A stretch of 64,000 nucleotides of DNA from Alphaproteobacteria bacterium (GTDB lineage Bacteria; Pseudomonadota; Alphaproteobacteria; Bin95), in assembly GCA_965205265.1 (NCBI GenBank), contig CBDBGH010000003.1:1536001-1600000 (forward strand). Direction: 5' to 3'. The number at the start of each line of letters is the position of its first letter. Positions within the stretch are counted from its first letter, which is position 1. The position numbers and the translations under genes are program-made. Under the pieces are notes generated by a model. It was not told where the DNA came from. It was given only the letters and a program-made list of their open reading frames with translations, and searched no databases. Shown here piece after piece: positions 1 to 11,119 of the stretch.

Positions 1-1308
1 GCGGTCGCCGTTCTGGCGGCGCTGAAGCGTTCCGGCGGCATATGGTTCGGATGGAGCGGGGACGTTTCCGAAGTGCCGGGCGAGGTCGTGCACAAGGTGC
101 GCGCCGGCAGGCTGACCTATGCGACCTTCGACCTGTCCACCCGGGACCACGAGGAATACTACAACGGCTTCGCCAACAGCACGCTCTGGCCGCTTTTCCA
201 CTACCGGCTGGACCTCGCGAATTTCAGCCGCCGCAACTATGCCGGCTACCGGCGCGTCAATGCCTATTTCGCCCGCAAGCTGGTCGATCTCATCGAGCCC
301 GGCGATCTCATCTGGGTTCACGACTACCACCTGATCCCCATGGCGGAGGAGCTTCGCCGCGCCGGGGTCTCCAACCCCATCGGCTTCTTCCTGCACACGC
401 CGCTCCCGCCGCTGGAGCTGCTGCTCGCGCTGCCGGAGCATGAGGAGCTGATGCGTTCCTTCTTCGCCTACGACCTGGTCGGCTTCCAGACCGAGGCCGA
501 CCGCCGCAGCCTGCTGGACTACGCGATCCAGGAAGCCGGCGGCGGGATGGCGGGCGACACGGTCTTTCGCGCCCTTGGCCGGACGGCTTCGGCGGAGGTC
601 CACCCCATCGGCGTCGATACCGACAATATCGAGCGCGCCGCCGCAAGCGCCGCCGCAGCCCGCTACGGCGCGCGCATGCGCACCAGCCTCGGCGGGCGCC
701 GGCTGATCGTGGGCGTGGACCGGCTGGACTATTCCAAGGGCTTGCCGGAACGCTTCGCGGCGTTCGGCCATCTGCTGGGCGCCTATCCGGCCAACCGCAA
801 CCGGGTGAGCCTGATGCAGATTGCAACGCCCACCCGCGCGGGCGTTCCCGAATACGAGGAAATCAGGCGGACGCTGGAAACGCTCGCAGGACACATCAAC
901 GGGGAGTTCGCGGACTTCGACTGGGTGCCGATCCGGTATCTCAACAAGAGCTTCGCCCGGCGCACGCTCTTCGGCCTGCTACGCACCGCGCAGGTCGGGC
1001 TCATTACCCCGTTGCGCGACGGCATGAACCTGGTCGCGATGGAATATGTCGCGTCCCAGCCGCCGTCGGATCCCGGCGTGCTGGTGCTGTCGCGCTTCGC
1101 CGGGGCGGCCCGCTCCATCCCGGGCGCGGTGATCGTCAATCCCTACGACGCCGAAGGCATGGCGGAAGCCATTCAACTGGCCCTGGACATGCCGCGGGAG
1201 GAGCGGGTGGAACGCTGGCAGGCAGGCATGGAGGCGCTGCGCCGCAACGATGTCAGCCGCTGGCGGGAAATCTTCGTCTCCCGGCTGGCGGAGGCGCCGT
1301 TCGCGTGA
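1..1308 (+). CDS. otsA: Trehalose-6-phosphate synthase (5'-truncated by window edge)
   Basis: Frame is open from base 1 (AVAVLAALKRSGGIWFGWSG). GT20 motifs: YYNGFANSTLWPLFHY, IWVHDYHL, GVDRLDYSKG, DGMNLVAMEY. Confidence 0.95.
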   Translation, partial: AVAVLAALKRSGGIWFGWSGDVSEVPGEVVHKVRAGRLTYATFDLSTRDHEEYYNGFANSTLWPLFHYRLDLANFSRRNYAGYRRVNAYFARKLVDLIEPGDLIWVHDYHLIPMAEELRRAGVSNPIGFFLHTPLPPLELLLALPEHEELMRSFFAYDLVGFQTEADRRSLLDYAIQEAGGGMAGDTVFRALGRTASAEVHPIGVDTDNIERAAASAAAARYGARMRTSLGGRRLIVGVDRLDYSKGLPERFAAFGHLLGAYPANRNRVSLMQIATPTRAGVPEYEEIRRTLETLAGHINGEFADFDWVPIRYLNKSFARRTLFGLLRTAQVGLITPLRDGMNLVAMEYVASQPPSDPGVLVLSRFAGAARSIPGAVIVNPYDAEGMAEAIQLALDMPREERVERWQAGMEALRRNDVSRWREIFVSRLAEAPFA

Positions 1309-2249
1309 CCCTGGCGCTGCTCTCCGACCTCGGCGGCACCAATATCCGGTTCGCGCTCAGCCGGGACGGCGGACCGCCCGAGGCCCTGGCGGTGCTCGCA
1401 GCCGACGATTTCCCGTCCTTCGAGGACGCGGCACGGCATTATCTCGGCGAAACCGAGGTCGGTCTGGCTGCCGTGGCGGTGGCGGGCCCGGTATCCGAGG
1501 GCCGTGCGGCCATGACCAATCGCGACTGGCGCATCGACGCCGCAGCCATCGCCAAAGCCCTCGGCGCCGAACGGGCCTGCCTCCTCAACGACTTCGAGGC
1601 CCAGGCCCTGTCCCTGTCCTCTCTCGGGGCGCAAGACCTTGCGCCGGTCGGCGAGTCCTTCGCGCCCGATCTGCGCGCTCCGAAGGTCGTGCTCGGCCCC
1701 GGAACCGGATTCGGTGCTGCCGCCCTGCTTCCGGAGCCCGGCGGTGGCTGGCGGGCGGTCTGCGGCGAGGGCGGGCATATGACGCTGGCGGCCGCGAACG
1801 AAACCGAAGCCATGCTGCTGGCGGAAATCCGCGAGGAATTCGGCCATGTCTCGGTGGAGCGGGTGGTGTCCGGTGCCGGGCTGGCGCTGCTCTACCGTGT
1901 CCTTTCCGGGAACCGGGAACCGGCGCCGGAACCCCCGGAGGTCACGGCGCGCGCCGCTGCCGGCGAACCGCTGGCGGTAGCAGCCGTCGGGCATTTCATG
2001 CGCTTTCTGGCGACGGCGGCTTCCGACCTTGCGCTCGTCTTCGCCGCGAAGGGAGGCGTTTACCTTTCTGGCGGCATCCTGCCCCGCCTCGGCGCTTGCT
2101 TCGACCGCGCGGCCTATCTCGACCGCTTCGCCGACAAGGGGCGCTTCCGGGCGTTTCTCCAGTCCATCCCGAGCGCCGTCATCACCCACCCGGCGCCGGC
2201 CCTGGCGGGCCTCGCCGCAGCGGCTTTCCGGCTGCAGGGACTGGAGTAG
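1305..2249 (+). CDS. glk: Glucokinase
   Basis: DLGGTNIRFA, LLNDFEAQA, GPGTGFG, GEGGH, GGVYLSGGI, FADKGRF motifs; GTGA overlap with otsA. Confidence 0.9.
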   Translation: MTLALLSDLGGTNIRFALSRDGGPPEALAVLAADDFPSFEDAARHYLGETEVGLAAVAVAGPVSEGRAAMTNRDWRIDAAAIAKALGAERACLLNDFEAQALSLSSLGAQDLAPVGESFAPDLRAPKVVLGPGTGFGAAALLPEPGGGWRAVCGEGGHMTLAAANETEAMLLAEIREEFGHVSVERVVSGAGLALLYRVLSGNREPAPEPPEVTARAAAGEPLAVAAVGHFMRFLATAASDLALVFAAKGGVYLSGGILPRLGACFDRAAYLDRFADKGRFRAFLQSIPSAVITHPAPALAGLAAAAFRLQGLE

Positions 2250-2267
2250 CTGCGCGTTTTGGCGCCG

Positions 2268-3509
2268 TCAGGCCGGTCGCACAAGGACATGGCGTTTGCG
2301 GCCGGCGGAGAGCTTCAGCGCATCCAGACCTTCCATATCGGCGAGCCCCACAAGCTGTTCTTCCTTGCCGACAGGCTCGTCATTCAGCCGCGCGCCGCCG
2401 CCTCTAATCAGCCGCCGCGCCGCACCGCCGCTGTCGGCCAGTCCCGCCCGCCGGAACAGGGCAAAGGCCGGGATGCCCGCTTCCAGTTCCGAACGCGGCA
2501 CTTCCATCTCCGGCAATCCCTCCGCCGCCTCGCCCTGCTCGAAGGTGCGGCGCGCCGTCTCCGCCGCCTGCGAAGCCGCATCGCCGCCGTGGCAGAGCGC
2601 CGTTGCGGCGTCGGCCAGCGCCTTCTTGGCGTCGTTCAACTCCTGCCCTTCAAGCGCCTCCAAGCGTGCAATTTCGCCCATCGGCAGCTCGGTGAAGAGG
2701 CGCAGGAAGCGGCCCACATCGCCGTCTTCGGTATTGCGCCAGAATTGCCAGTAGTCGTATGGCGACACGCGCTCTTCATTCAGCCAGACCGCGCCGCTTG
2801 CGGTCTTGCCCATCTTGGCGCCGCTTGCGGTCTCGATCAGCGGCGTCGTCAGGCCGAAAAGCTCCGCCCCCTCGACCCGGCGTCCGAGGTCGATGCCGCT
2901 CACGATATTGCCCCACTGGTCCGACCCGCCCATCTGCAGCCGGCAGCCGAAACGTCGCGCCAGTTCGACGAAGTCGTAGGATTGCAGGACGGCGTAGTTG
3001 AATTCGAGGAAGCTCAGCGGCTGCTGCCGGTCGAGGCGCAGGCGCACGCTGTCCATGGAAAGCATGCGGTTGACGGAGAAATGCCGCCCGTATTCGCGCA
3101 GGAACGGAATGTAGGAAAGGCCGTCCAGCCAGTCGGCATTGTTCGCCATGACGGCGTCCGACGGCCCGTCGCCGAAGGCCAGGAACTTTTCGAACACGCG
3201 CCTTATGCCCGCCATGTTCGCAGCGATTTGCCTGTCCGTGAGCAGCGGGCGCGCTTCCTCCTTGCCGGACGGATCGCCCACTTTCGTCGTCCCGCCGCCC
3301 ATCAATACGATGGGTTTGTGGCCCGCCTGCTGGTAATGGCGCAGCAGCATGATGGACACCAGCGAACCGACATGCAGGCTGTCGGCCGTACAGTCGAATC
3401 CGATATAGGCCGGCACGGCCGGTCCGCCCAGCAGCGAGTCCAGCCCGCCGGCGTCGGTGCATTGGTGCAGGAAGCCGCGTTCGCGAATGGTCTCCAGAAA
3501 GGACGGCAC
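2268..3509 (-). CDS. tyrS: Tyrosyl-tRNA synthetase
   Basis: [31 protein letters not shown]-terminal S4-like domain. Start placed at the GTG at 3509. Confidence 0.96.
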   Translation of the reverse strand: MPSFLETIRERGFLHQCTDAGGLDSLLGGPAVPAYIGFDCTADSLHVGSLVSIMLLRHYQQAGHKPIVLMGGGTTKVGDPSGKEEARPLLTDRQIAANMAGIRRVFEKFLAFGDGPSDAVMANNADWLDGLSYIPFLREYGRHFSVNRMLSMDSVRLRLDRQQPLSFLEFNYAVLQSYDFVELARRFGCRLQMGGSDQWGNIVSGIDLGRRVEGAELFGLTTPLIETASGAKMGKTASGAVWLNEERVSPYDYWQFWRNTEDGDVGRFLRLFTELPMGEIARLEALEGQELNDAKKALADAATALCHGGDAASQAAETARRTFEQGEAAEGLPEMEVPRSELEAGIPAFALFRRAGLADSGGAARRLIRGGGARLNDEPVGKEEQLVGLADMEGLDALKLSAGRKRHVLVRPA

Positions 3510-3598
3510 GGTCGTCGGTCTCGCTGTTCGGGAGAGGCGGGGCCGTCTATCACGGCAGCCGGAGCCCCGCAACGGGAGGCGCTTTTGGAGCATCGGAC

Positions 3599-4642
3599 AT
3601 GGACCTGCTGATCGGCCTGATGAGCGGCACCTCGATGGACGGGGTGGACGCGGCCCTGCTGGAGACCGACGGCGAAGACGCGGTGCGGCCCCGGGGCTTC
3701 GTCTCCCTGCCCTATGAAGACCGGGAGAGGGAAGCGATCCGCTCGGCGCTGGGCGCCGGAGACGCGAAAAGGGTGCGCGCCGCCGAAACGGTAGTGACAG
3801 AGGTGCATATCCGCGCCGTCCGGTATCTTCTGGCCGGGACCGGCGCGCGGGATGCGCGGGCCATCGGCTTCCACGGCCACACGCTCGACCACCGCCCCGA
3901 AGACCGTTTCACCCTGCAGGTCGGGGACGCTGCGCGGCTCGCCCGGGAGACCGGTCTTCCGGTCGTCGCCGATTTTCGCAGCGCCGATATCGCCGCCGGC
4001 GGCCAGGGCGCGCCGCTGGCGCCGGTTTACCACCGCGCCCGCCTTGCCGGAGAGCCGGGACCGATAGCCGTGCTCAATATCGGCGGGGTCGCGAATGTCA
4101 CCTGGATCGGGCGGGACGGCGGAATGCTCGCCTTCGATACCGGGCCCGGCAATGCGCTTCTCGACGACTGGTGCCGGCTGCATACCGGCCTGCCCATGGA
4201 CCGGGACGGGCAGCTGGCGGCCCGGGGCCGGGTCGATAAAGCGATATTGGAGCAGCTTCTCGACGATCCGTATTTCGCCATGCCGCCGCCCAAGTCCCTG
4301 GACCGGATGAGTTTCTCTTCCGCGCCGCTGGAGGGTCTCTCGCCGGCCGACGGCGCGGCGACCTTGACGGCCTTCACGGCCGGAGCGGTGGCGCGCGCCC
4401 CGCTTCCCGAACCGCCGCGGCGGTGGATCGTTTCCGGCGGCGGGCGGCGTAATCCCGTTCTGATGGCTGCGCTCCCCGGCTCGGTGGAGCCGGCCGAGGC
4501 GCTTGGCTGGAACGGGGATGCGCTCGAAGCCGAAGCATTTGCCTATCTGGCCGCCCGACGCCTCAAGAACCTGCCGGCGAGCTTTCCCGGCACAACCGGC
4601 TGTCCCGCGCCAATGGCGGCGGGGCGGCTATTTCCGCCGTGA
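3599..4642 (+). CDS. anmK: Anhydro-N-acetylmuramic acid kinase
   Basis: [44 protein letters not shown]; divergent from tyrS, a conserved arrangement. Confidence 0.95.
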   Translation: MDLLIGLMSGTSMDGVDAALLETDGEDAVRPRGFVSLPYEDREREAIRSALGAGDAKRVRAAETVVTEVHIRAVRYLLAGTGARDARAIGFHGHTLDHRPEDRFTLQVGDAARLARETGLPVVADFRSADIAAGGQGAPLAPVYHRARLAGEPGPIAVLNIGGVANVTWIGRDGGMLAFDTGPGNALLDDWCRLHTGLPMDRDGQLAARGRVDKAILEQLLDDPYFAMPPPKSLDRMSFSSAPLEGLSPADGAATLTAFTAGAVARAPLPEPPRRWIVSGGGRRNPVLMAALPGSVEPAEALGWNGDALEAEAFAYLAARRLKNLPASFPGTTGCPAPMAAGRLFPP

Positions 4643-5815
4643 CACGCTGGCTGCCGACACCGCGCCCATGATGGCGATGACGCCGGCCGAGGCGAAGGCG
4701 TATCCCCAGGCGTTCACGGACGCTGCGCCGCCTGTCGTCTCCAGCACGATCCCGAACAGCGCCGGTCCGACAAAACCGCCGGCCGCATTGGCGAAGGCGT
4801 GGAGGGCAAGCGCCCGCCCGCGCAGTTCGGGGTTGCTGACCTCGATAATGCCGCCCGCCAGCGTGCCGGCATCCATCAGCACGAACAGGTTGTGGAGCAG
4901 CACCGGCCCGAGCAGAAGCAGCCAGAACGGCCAGTCCGCTGCAAAACCTACGACGCAAGCTGCGGTGCCGGACAGCAGCAGCGACAATGCCGAGACCTGA
5001 GCCATTCCGAAGCGCGCGCCAAGCCAGGAGCCGACCATGCCCATGGGCGCTCCGATCAATGTGAGCGCCGTGGCGAGCAGCGGCCAGTTCCAATCGGGCG
5101 CGCCGCCGTCCGTCGTCGCGGCGAACACGAAAAAGGCGACCAGCCAACTGCGGAGCGCCAGCAATTCTATGGAATGGCCGAAATTCGCCAGAATCACCTT
5201 CATGGCATTCCGATTGGCGAATACCGGGCGAAGGTCGAGGGAAGCGCCGCCGCCTCCCGCCGCCGTTTTCGGTGGGATCAGGCTCCACACGAGAAGGGCC
5301 GCCACAACCGCCGCAATGCCGGGTATTGCGAAAGCCAGCCTCCAGCCTATGGCGGCGTCCAGCCAGTAGGTCGTGACGTAGGAGCAGCTCGCCGCGATCG
5401 GGAATGTCGATATGTAAAACGCGCCCGCCCGCGCCTCCCCGCCGGACGGTGTCCGGTCTGCGATGACCTTGACTCCCGGCATATAGATCCATGCGAACCC
5501 GATCCCCTGCAAAAGACGGAAGCCGAACCCCGACCAGAACCCGTCGGCGAGAAGCGCGAAGCCGAGGAACCCGGCGGCATTCGCCACGGAACCGGCGATT
5601 ATCAACCGGCGGGCGTCGAAACGGTCGCTCCCGATGCTGACCAGAATGGCGAAGAGGGAGGAGAAATAGGGCGCCCCGGCGAGCCAGCCGGCCTCGCTTT
5701 CCGAAAGCGACCAACGCCCCATGAAATCCGGCAGCAATGCCGGCAGCCCGTGCAGGCCGATCAGGTTGAACCCCAGATGGCTGCACATGATCCAGAGCAA
5801 GGCACGGGACTTCAA
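4628..5815 (-). CDS. MFS transporter
   Basis: 395 aa with about 12 hydrophobic segments; motif-A-like GSDRFDARR. Confidence 0.85.
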   Translation of the reverse strand: MKSRALLWIMCSHLGFNLIGLHGLPALLPDFMGRWSLSESEAGWLAGAPYFSSLFAILVSIGSDRFDARRLIIAGSVANAAGFLGFALLADGFWSGFGFRLLQGIGFAWIYMPGVKVIADRTPSGGEARAGAFYISTFPIAASCSYVTTYWLDAAIGWRLAFAIPGIAAVVAALLVWSLIPPKTAAGGGGASLDLRPVFANRNAMKVILANFGHSIELLALRSWLVAFFVFAATTDGGAPDWNWPLLATALTLIGAPMGMVGSWLGARFGMAQVSALSLLLSGTAACVVGFAADWPFWLLLLGPVLLHNLFVLMDAGTLAGGIIEVSNPELRGRALALHAFANAAGGFVGPALFGIVLETTGGAASVNAWGYAFASAGVIAIMGAVSAASVSRRK

Positions 5816-7329
5816 TCGCCTGCTCCCCTGCCCGGCTTGCGCAACAGCAGGACCAGCGGTGCGGCAAGGCCGATGGTGATTGCCAGCAGCGCAAAATCGT
5901 TGACGAAGGCGATGGTCTCGGCCTGAAGCAGCACTTCCCGCCGCAGCGCCGCCACCGCGGCCTCATTGCCGAGGTCCCAGGGCGAAAGGCTGAGCGCCTC
6001 GCTGTAGTCCGAAACGAAGTCCTTCAACGCCGTGTAATTCGCCTGGGCGCTGCGCGTCAGCACGGCGACGACGATGGAAGTGCCCATGGAAGCGCCGATC
6101 GAGCGGACCAGCGCGAAGAGCGCGGCGGCCTCCGTGCGGTAGCGCTGGGCGAGCGTCGAGAAGGTAACGGTCGTAAGCGACACCCACATCAGGCCCATTC
6201 CAGCGCCGTTCAGCACCGTCGCCCAGACGATTTCGGCCGCCTCGACCCGGTGGTTCCAACCCGTCATCCAGACATTGGAGATGCCGACGGCAGCCAGCCC
6301 GGCGAGGATCAGGTATTTGCCGGCGACGCGGTTCGCCAGCACGCCCGCGAGGAACATCGCAATGCCCGTGCCGACGCCCCGGGCCGACAACACCCAGCCC
6401 GCAGCCAGCACGGGATAGCCCTGGACGTTCTGCAGGAACAGCGGCAGCAGGAACATGCTGGCGAACACCGTGACGCCGAAGACGAAAATCAGCGCCAGCC
6501 CGACGGCGAAGTTCCGGTCGCGGAAAATGGCGAGGTCGATATAGGGAGACCGCGCAGTGAGCGAATGAGCGATGAAGAGATAGAGGCAAAGCCCGGCAAT
6601 CACGGCCTCCGCGATGATTTCGGGAGAACTGAACCAGTCCTGCCGCTCGCCGCGGTCAAGGACAAGTTGGAGGCAGGCCACCCCGATTGCGAGCGTGATG
6701 AGTCCGATCCAGTCGAGGGAAATGCCGCGTTTCTCGGTCTCCGGCGTGGTCATCCAAATGCCGAGAAACGCGATGCAGCCGAGCGGCACATTGATGAAGA
6801 ACACATAGCGCCAGCCGTAGAATTCGGTGAGCAGCGCTCCCACGGTCGGCCCCGCGACCGGCCCCAGAATCATGCCCATCGACCAGATCGACATGGCGAA
6901 GCCGTGCCGGCTGCGGGGGTAGGTGTCGAGCATGATCGCCTGGCTGATCGGCAGCAAAGGCGCGCTGCCGAAGCCCTGCAAGGCGCGGAACAGGATCAGC
7001 TCTTCCAGACTGTCCGCCGACGCGCAGAGCATCGCCGTAACGGTGAAAGCGGCAATCGACCAGAGGAATACCAGCCGCCGCCCGAACTTGACTGCGAGCC
7101 AGCCCGAAACGGTCGTGCCGAGAGCCGAGGCGACGATAAAGGCCGTCACCACCCAGCCGATCTGGTCCGGCGTTGCCGAGAGGTTGCCCTGCATGGAAGG
7201 CAGGGCGACATAGGCGGTGCTCATATTGGTGGAGTGCAGCAGCGAGGCTGCGAGCACCGGTATGGTTATCGTCGCGGTTTCCGCGCGCGTAAACGGCCCC
7301 GCCGCCGGGCGGTTGCGGGTCGAAAGCAC
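5812..7329 (-). CDS. DHA2 (EmrB/QacA) family MFS efflux permease
   Basis: VALPSMQGNLSA, WVVTAFIVA, FRALQG, GPTVG...WRYVFFINVP, LDRGERQDWF. Confidence 0.9.
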   Translation of the reverse strand: MLSTRNRPAAGPFTRAETATITIPVLAASLLHSTNMSTAYVALPSMQGNLSATPDQIGWVVTAFIVASALGTTVSGWLAVKFGRRLVFLWSIAAFTVTAMLCASADSLEELILFRALQGFGSAPLLPISQAIMLDTYPRSRHGFAMSIWSMGMILGPVAGPTVGALLTEFYGWRYVFFINVPLGCIAFLGIWMTTPETEKRGISLDWIGLITLAIGVACLQLVLDRGERQDWFSSPEIIAEAVIAGLCLYLFIAHSLTARSPYIDLAIFRDRNFAVGLALIFVFGVTVFASMFLLPLFLQNVQGYPVLAAGWVLSARGVGTGIAMFLAGVLANRVAGKYLILAGLAAVGISNVWMTGWNHRVEAAEIVWATVLNGAGMGLMWVSLTTVTFSTLAQRYRTEAAALFALVRSIGASMGTSIVVAVLTRSAQANYTALKDFVSDYSEALSLSPWDLGNEAAVAALRREVLLQAETIAFVNDFALLAITIGLAAPLVLLLRKPGRGAGD

Positions 7330-7358
7330 GCGGCGGGGCCGTTCCCGACGACCGGCGG

Positions 7359-8171
7359 TCAGGCAGAGGATTCGGGGTCGAAATTCGGCGCCCGTTTCTC
7401 CAGATGCGCCGCCAGGCCTTCCTCGACTTCCGGGCCGGTAAAGCCCAGCATTTCAAGCGCGGTCGAGGCGTCGTAGGCCGGCCCCATCTGGCGGTACCAG
7501 TTGTTCAGCGCATATTTGGTCCAGCGGATGGCGCTCGGTGCTCCGTTGGCGAGCTTGCGCGCGACTTCGAGCGCCTTGTCCTGCAGTTCGTCATCCTCGA
7601 CGCAGAGCGACACAAGCCCGATCCGCTCCGCCTCCTCGCCGTAAACCGACTCGCAGAGCATCAGGTAGTATTTGGCCTTCGCCATGCCGCAGAGCAGCGG
7701 CCAGTTGATGACCGAATGGTCGCCGGCGGCGACGCCGAGCCGTGTGTGGCCGTCGATGATGCGCGCCGACTTGCCGGCGATGGAAATGTCGCAGAGCAGC
7801 CCCGCGACCAGGCCGGCGCCGACGGCGACTCCGTTCAGCGCGGAAACGGTCGGCTTGCAGCAATCGATGATGTTGTAGACGAGGTCGCGGGCTTCCTTCC
7901 AGGCGCGCACGCGGTCGTCGTAATTGTCGATGTTCTTGCGGATCATCGAGAAGTCGCCGCCGGACGAGAAGGCCCTGCCCTTGCCGGTCAGGATCACCGC
8001 CGAGACATCGCGGTCCTGGTCGATCTCGCGCCAGATATAGGTCATGTCGCGATGGCCGTCGGAGTCGAGCGAGTTGTAGGTCTCGGGCTTGTTGAGGGTC
8101 AGGCGCAGAACGCGCTCCTCGGGCCAGTCGATCTCGAATGTCCGGCGGTAGTCGTCATAGCGGTCGCCCAT
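7359..8171 (-). CDS. Enoyl-CoA hydratase/isomerase family protein
   Basis: [42 protein letters not shown] crotonase motifs. Confidence 0.9.
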   Translation of the reverse strand: MGDRYDDYRRTFEIDWPEERVLRLTLNKPETYNSLDSDGHRDMTYIWREIDQDRDVSAVILTGKGRAFSSGGDFSMIRKNIDNYDDRVRAWKEARDLVYNIIDCCKPTVSALNGVAVGAGLVAGLLCDISIAGKSARIIDGHTRLGVAAGDHSVINWPLLCGMAKAKYYLMLCESVYGEEAERIGLVSLCVEDDELQDKALEVARKLANGAPSAIRWTKYALNNWYRQMGPAYDASTALEMLGFTGPEVEEGLAAHLEKRAPNFDPESSA

Positions 8172-8261
8172 CGGGGCTTTCCTCCTGCTGCGTCAGAGTT
8201 CCATTGCGGCTTCGCGGTTCTCGCCCGAAGCGGGTTGCGGGTCAATTGCGCGCGAGCGGCC

Positions 8262-9596
8262 TCAGAGGGCTTCGGCTTCCGCCGCCTCCCCCTCCATGGA
8301 AGCCAGTTCGCCGAGAGTAACCGGCCCGATCGGCGGGCGTATGCGGAAACTGCCGACCTCCTCCATCGCGACGCCCCGCTCATCGGCGATGATTTCGGCG
8401 GCGGCGAGCCCGCACATGCGCCCCTGGCAGGGGCCCATGCCGACGCGGGCGAAGGCCTTGAGCTGGTTGGGCCCCATCGCCCCGTCGCGCACCGCCCGGC
8501 GGATATCGCCGGCCGCGATGCTCTCGCAGCGGCAGACCAGCGCCTCGTCCGCAGGCAAGGCGGTGTGAGGCCGGAACAGGCGGTCGAGCAGCGGCCGCAT
8601 GGCGCGCTCCCGGTCCAGCGCGGCGACCAGCCCTCCCGGATCCACGCCGGCCGCCAGCCTGGCCGCGATCCGGCCCGACAGGACAGCCGCCCGCGCGCCG
8701 GCAATGCCGCCGGCGTCTCCCGCGACCAGCAGGGTCTCCTCCGCCGTTCGGCCCAGGGAGTCCGCTACGGGCGCCCAATGGCGTTGTTCCGGGCGCCAGC
8801 CATGCGCAAGGCCGGCCTGCCGCGAAAGATGGGTCTGCGGCACGACGCCTTCATGCAGCAGCAGCAGGTCGCAGGCGATCTCGCCGCCGGCGAACCGCAC
8901 CGACTCCCCCGTCGCCGCGAGGCCGCCGACGCCCGACCGGAACTCGACGCCGGCGCGTCTTAGCCTGCGTTTCATCGCCACACCCCTGGCGAGCTCGCGC
9001 CAGCCGGTCATGGCGCGCGGCAGGGCGGGCGCCGCGTCCAGATAGTCGGCGCTTTCCGTCGTCTCCAGCACCGCCGCCACCTCGGCTCCGGCATCCAGCA
9101 ACTGGCAGCCGACGAGCAGCAGGAGCGGCCCCGATCCCGCAAGCACGATCCGCCCGGTCGGCACCAGCCCCGATGCCTTCAGCAACACCTGCGCGGCGCC
9201 CGCTCCCATCACGCCCGGCCGTTCGGCCCCGGGGATCGGCACCGGCCGTTCCATCGCTCCTGTTGCGATCAATACGCGGCGGGCCGATACCGTCGAAGCT
9301 GCGCCTTCCCGGCTGTAGGCGATCCGCGCGCCCGCATCGAGCCGCCAGACAGCACTGCCCGGCCGGTAGTCGATACGGGCTTGCCGGAAGTCCGCCGCGA
9401 GCGCCCGCCCGGCTTCGTACTCCTCGCCCAGTATCGCGCAGAGGCCCGGCTCTGCCCGCTCGATTCCGCGATAAATCTGCCCTCCCGGCTCGGGCTGGTC
9501 GTCCAGGACGGCAACGGAAAGGCCGTGCTCCGCCGCCTCCACCGCAGCCGCCATGCCAGCCGGGCCCGCGCCGACAATAGCCAGATCGACGCTCAT
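8262..9596 (-). CDS. FAD/NAD(P)-binding oxidoreductase with BFD-like [2Fe-2S] C-terminus (HcnB/OoxA-like subunit)
   Basis: IVGAGPAG, ATGAMERPVP, VCRCE, GMGPCQGRMC, RPPI; start at MSVDLAI. Confidence 0.88.
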   Translation of the reverse strand: MSVDLAIVGAGPAGMAAAVEAAEHGLSVAVLDDQPEPGGQIYRGIERAEPGLCAILGEEYEAGRALAADFRQARIDYRPGSAVWRLDAGARIAYSREGAASTVSARRVLIATGAMERPVPIPGAERPGVMGAGAAQVLLKASGLVPTGRIVLAGSGPLLLLVGCQLLDAGAEVAAVLETTESADYLDAAPALPRAMTGWRELARGVAMKRRLRRAGVEFRSGVGGLAATGESVRFAGGEIACDLLLLHEGVVPQTHLSRQAGLAHGWRPEQRHWAPVADSLGRTAEETLLVAGDAGGIAGARAAVLSGRIAARLAAGVDPGGLVAALDRERAMRPLLDRLFRPHTALPADEALVCRCESIAAGDIRRAVRDGAMGPNQLKAFARVGMGPCQGRMCGLAAAEIIADERGVAMEEVGSFRIRPPIGPVTLGELASMEGEAAEAEAL

Positions 9597-9886
9597 GCCC
9601 CGGGTCCCGTTCCGTCCGTCCTGCGCGCGACGCGAAGGCCCTCGCGCACCGGCGTCATGCAGGCCTGGCGGTTCGGCTCGCCATCGATCTCGACGAGGCA
9701 TTCGAAACAGACGCCCATGGCGCACCAGGGTCCGCGCGGCAAGCCATCGACCGGCGCATGGCGAAATACCGCAATGCCCGATGCCAGCAGCGCGGCCGCA
9801 ACGCTGTCTCCAGGCGCGGCGGAGACCGGCTCGCCGTCTATCTCTATCGTGACCGTCGCCTTGCGCTCAGGCAGCCGCCGGAACAT
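9593..9886 (-). CDS. (2Fe-2S)-binding subunit (HcnA-like)
   Basis: GDSVAAALL, CAMGVCFECLVEIDG...AC. Confidence 0.88.
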   Translation of the reverse strand: MFRRLPERKATVTIEIDGEPVSAAPGDSVAAALLASGIAVFRHAPVDGLPRGPWCAMGVCFECLVEIDGEPNRQACMTPVREGLRVARRTDGTGPGA

Positions 9887-10979
9887 CGAACCTCCGCGCG
9901 CTGAAGGCCTCGAACCCGTCCGGCGCCCTGCCCTCGGCGATCCAGTCCGGCAGGCGGGCGGCGTGGACGGCGGCGAGCGTGACGCCGCTGTGCATGGTGG
10001 CGACGAAGGCTCCCGGATGGCTTTCGGACTCGTCGTAGATCGGGCAACGGTCAGGGGGAATGACCCTGAGCGCCGCCCAACTCCGCACCAGCCTCAGCCG
10101 TTCGAGCGCCGGAAGGGCGCGGATCGCCCGCCGGGCGAGCCCGCGCGCCGCTTCCAGCGTGGTGCCGGTGTCGAAGCCGACGCTCTCCTGCGTCGCGCCG
10201 ATCATGACCGTCCCTTCCGCCGTCTGGCGGAGATTGCCCATCGGCATCGGCATGAACCGTTCCGTCCTCTCGGTCACCAGCACCTGGCCGCGTTCCGGCA
10301 CGGTCGGCACATTCAGGCCGACCTGCGCCGCCAGAGGCGGAATGCCGTTGCCGGCCGCCAGCAGCAGTTTCGGGGCTTCGAATGCGCCGGCGTCCGTCTC
10401 CACCCGGAAGCCGCGCTCGATATGGCGCACCCGCGCGCCGGGCCGGTAGCGCCCGCCTCTCGCCCCGAAGCCGGCGTGGAGGGCGCGCAGCAGGTAGAGC
10501 GGCCCGCAATGGCCGTCCTTTTCCGAGAAGGACGCGCCCACGACCTCCTGCCCGAAACGGACGCCCGGGACCATCCGCTCCAGTTCGGCGCGTTCGACCA
10601 TCCGGGCGTGGTAACCGCCGCCCTGGGCCGCCATGGCCTCGTTGAGCCGCCGCTGCGCCTCCCATTCCCCGTCGCCGAGGCACAGGATCGCGCCGCCCGG
10701 CCGCTCATGGTGGATGTCGATGCCCGTCAGGCCTGCGAGCTCCCCGGCGAAACCGGCATAGCGGTCCGCCGATTCCTGCGACCATTCCTGGTAGCGCTGG
10801 AGGCCGAAGCCCTTGGTCTGGACCCAGACGAGCCCGAAATTGCCCCGCGCCGCCCGGAAGGCGTCGTCGCCCTCGTCGAGCATGAGCACATCGAGCCCCT
10901 TGCCGGCGAGCCCATAGGCGGCCGCCGCGCCGACCATGCCGCCGCCGATGACGATGATGTCAGCCGTCCCCTCCAGCAT
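9867..10979 (-). CDS. FAD-dependent D-amino-acid oxidase family subunit (HcnC/OoxB-like)
   Basis: IGGGMVG, ARGNFGLVW, RGQVLVTE, HSGVTLAA; start estimated at MLEGTAD. Confidence 0.85.
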   Translation of the reverse strand: MLEGTADIIVIGGGMVGAAAAYGLAGKGLDVLMLDEGDDAFRAARGNFGLVWVQTKGFGLQRYQEWSQESADRYAGFAGELAGLTGIDIHHERPGGAILCLGDGEWEAQRRLNEAMAAQGGGYHARMVERAELERMVPGVRFGQEVVGASFSEKDGHCGPLYLLRALHAGFGARGGRYRPGARVRHIERGFRVETDAGAFEAPKLLLAAGNGIPPLAAQVGLNVPTVPERGQVLVTERTERFMPMPMGNLRQTAEGTVMIGATQESVGFDTGTTLEAARGLARRAIRALPALERLRLVRSWAALRVIPPDRCPIYDESESHPGAFVATMHSGVTLAAVHAARLPDWIAEGRAPDGFEAFSARRFDVPAAA

Positions 10980-11119
10980 GGCGGCAATGGTGGGGTAGCG
11001 GTGCGGCCTGCGCAAGCCGTCTGCCGGCGGAAAGCGCCCGCCGGACGGTTTCCCGGCGGGCGGGGCCGTGGCATGTTCCCGGCCCGCCATTACCTCGACG
11101 AAGCGCCGGACGATCCGCC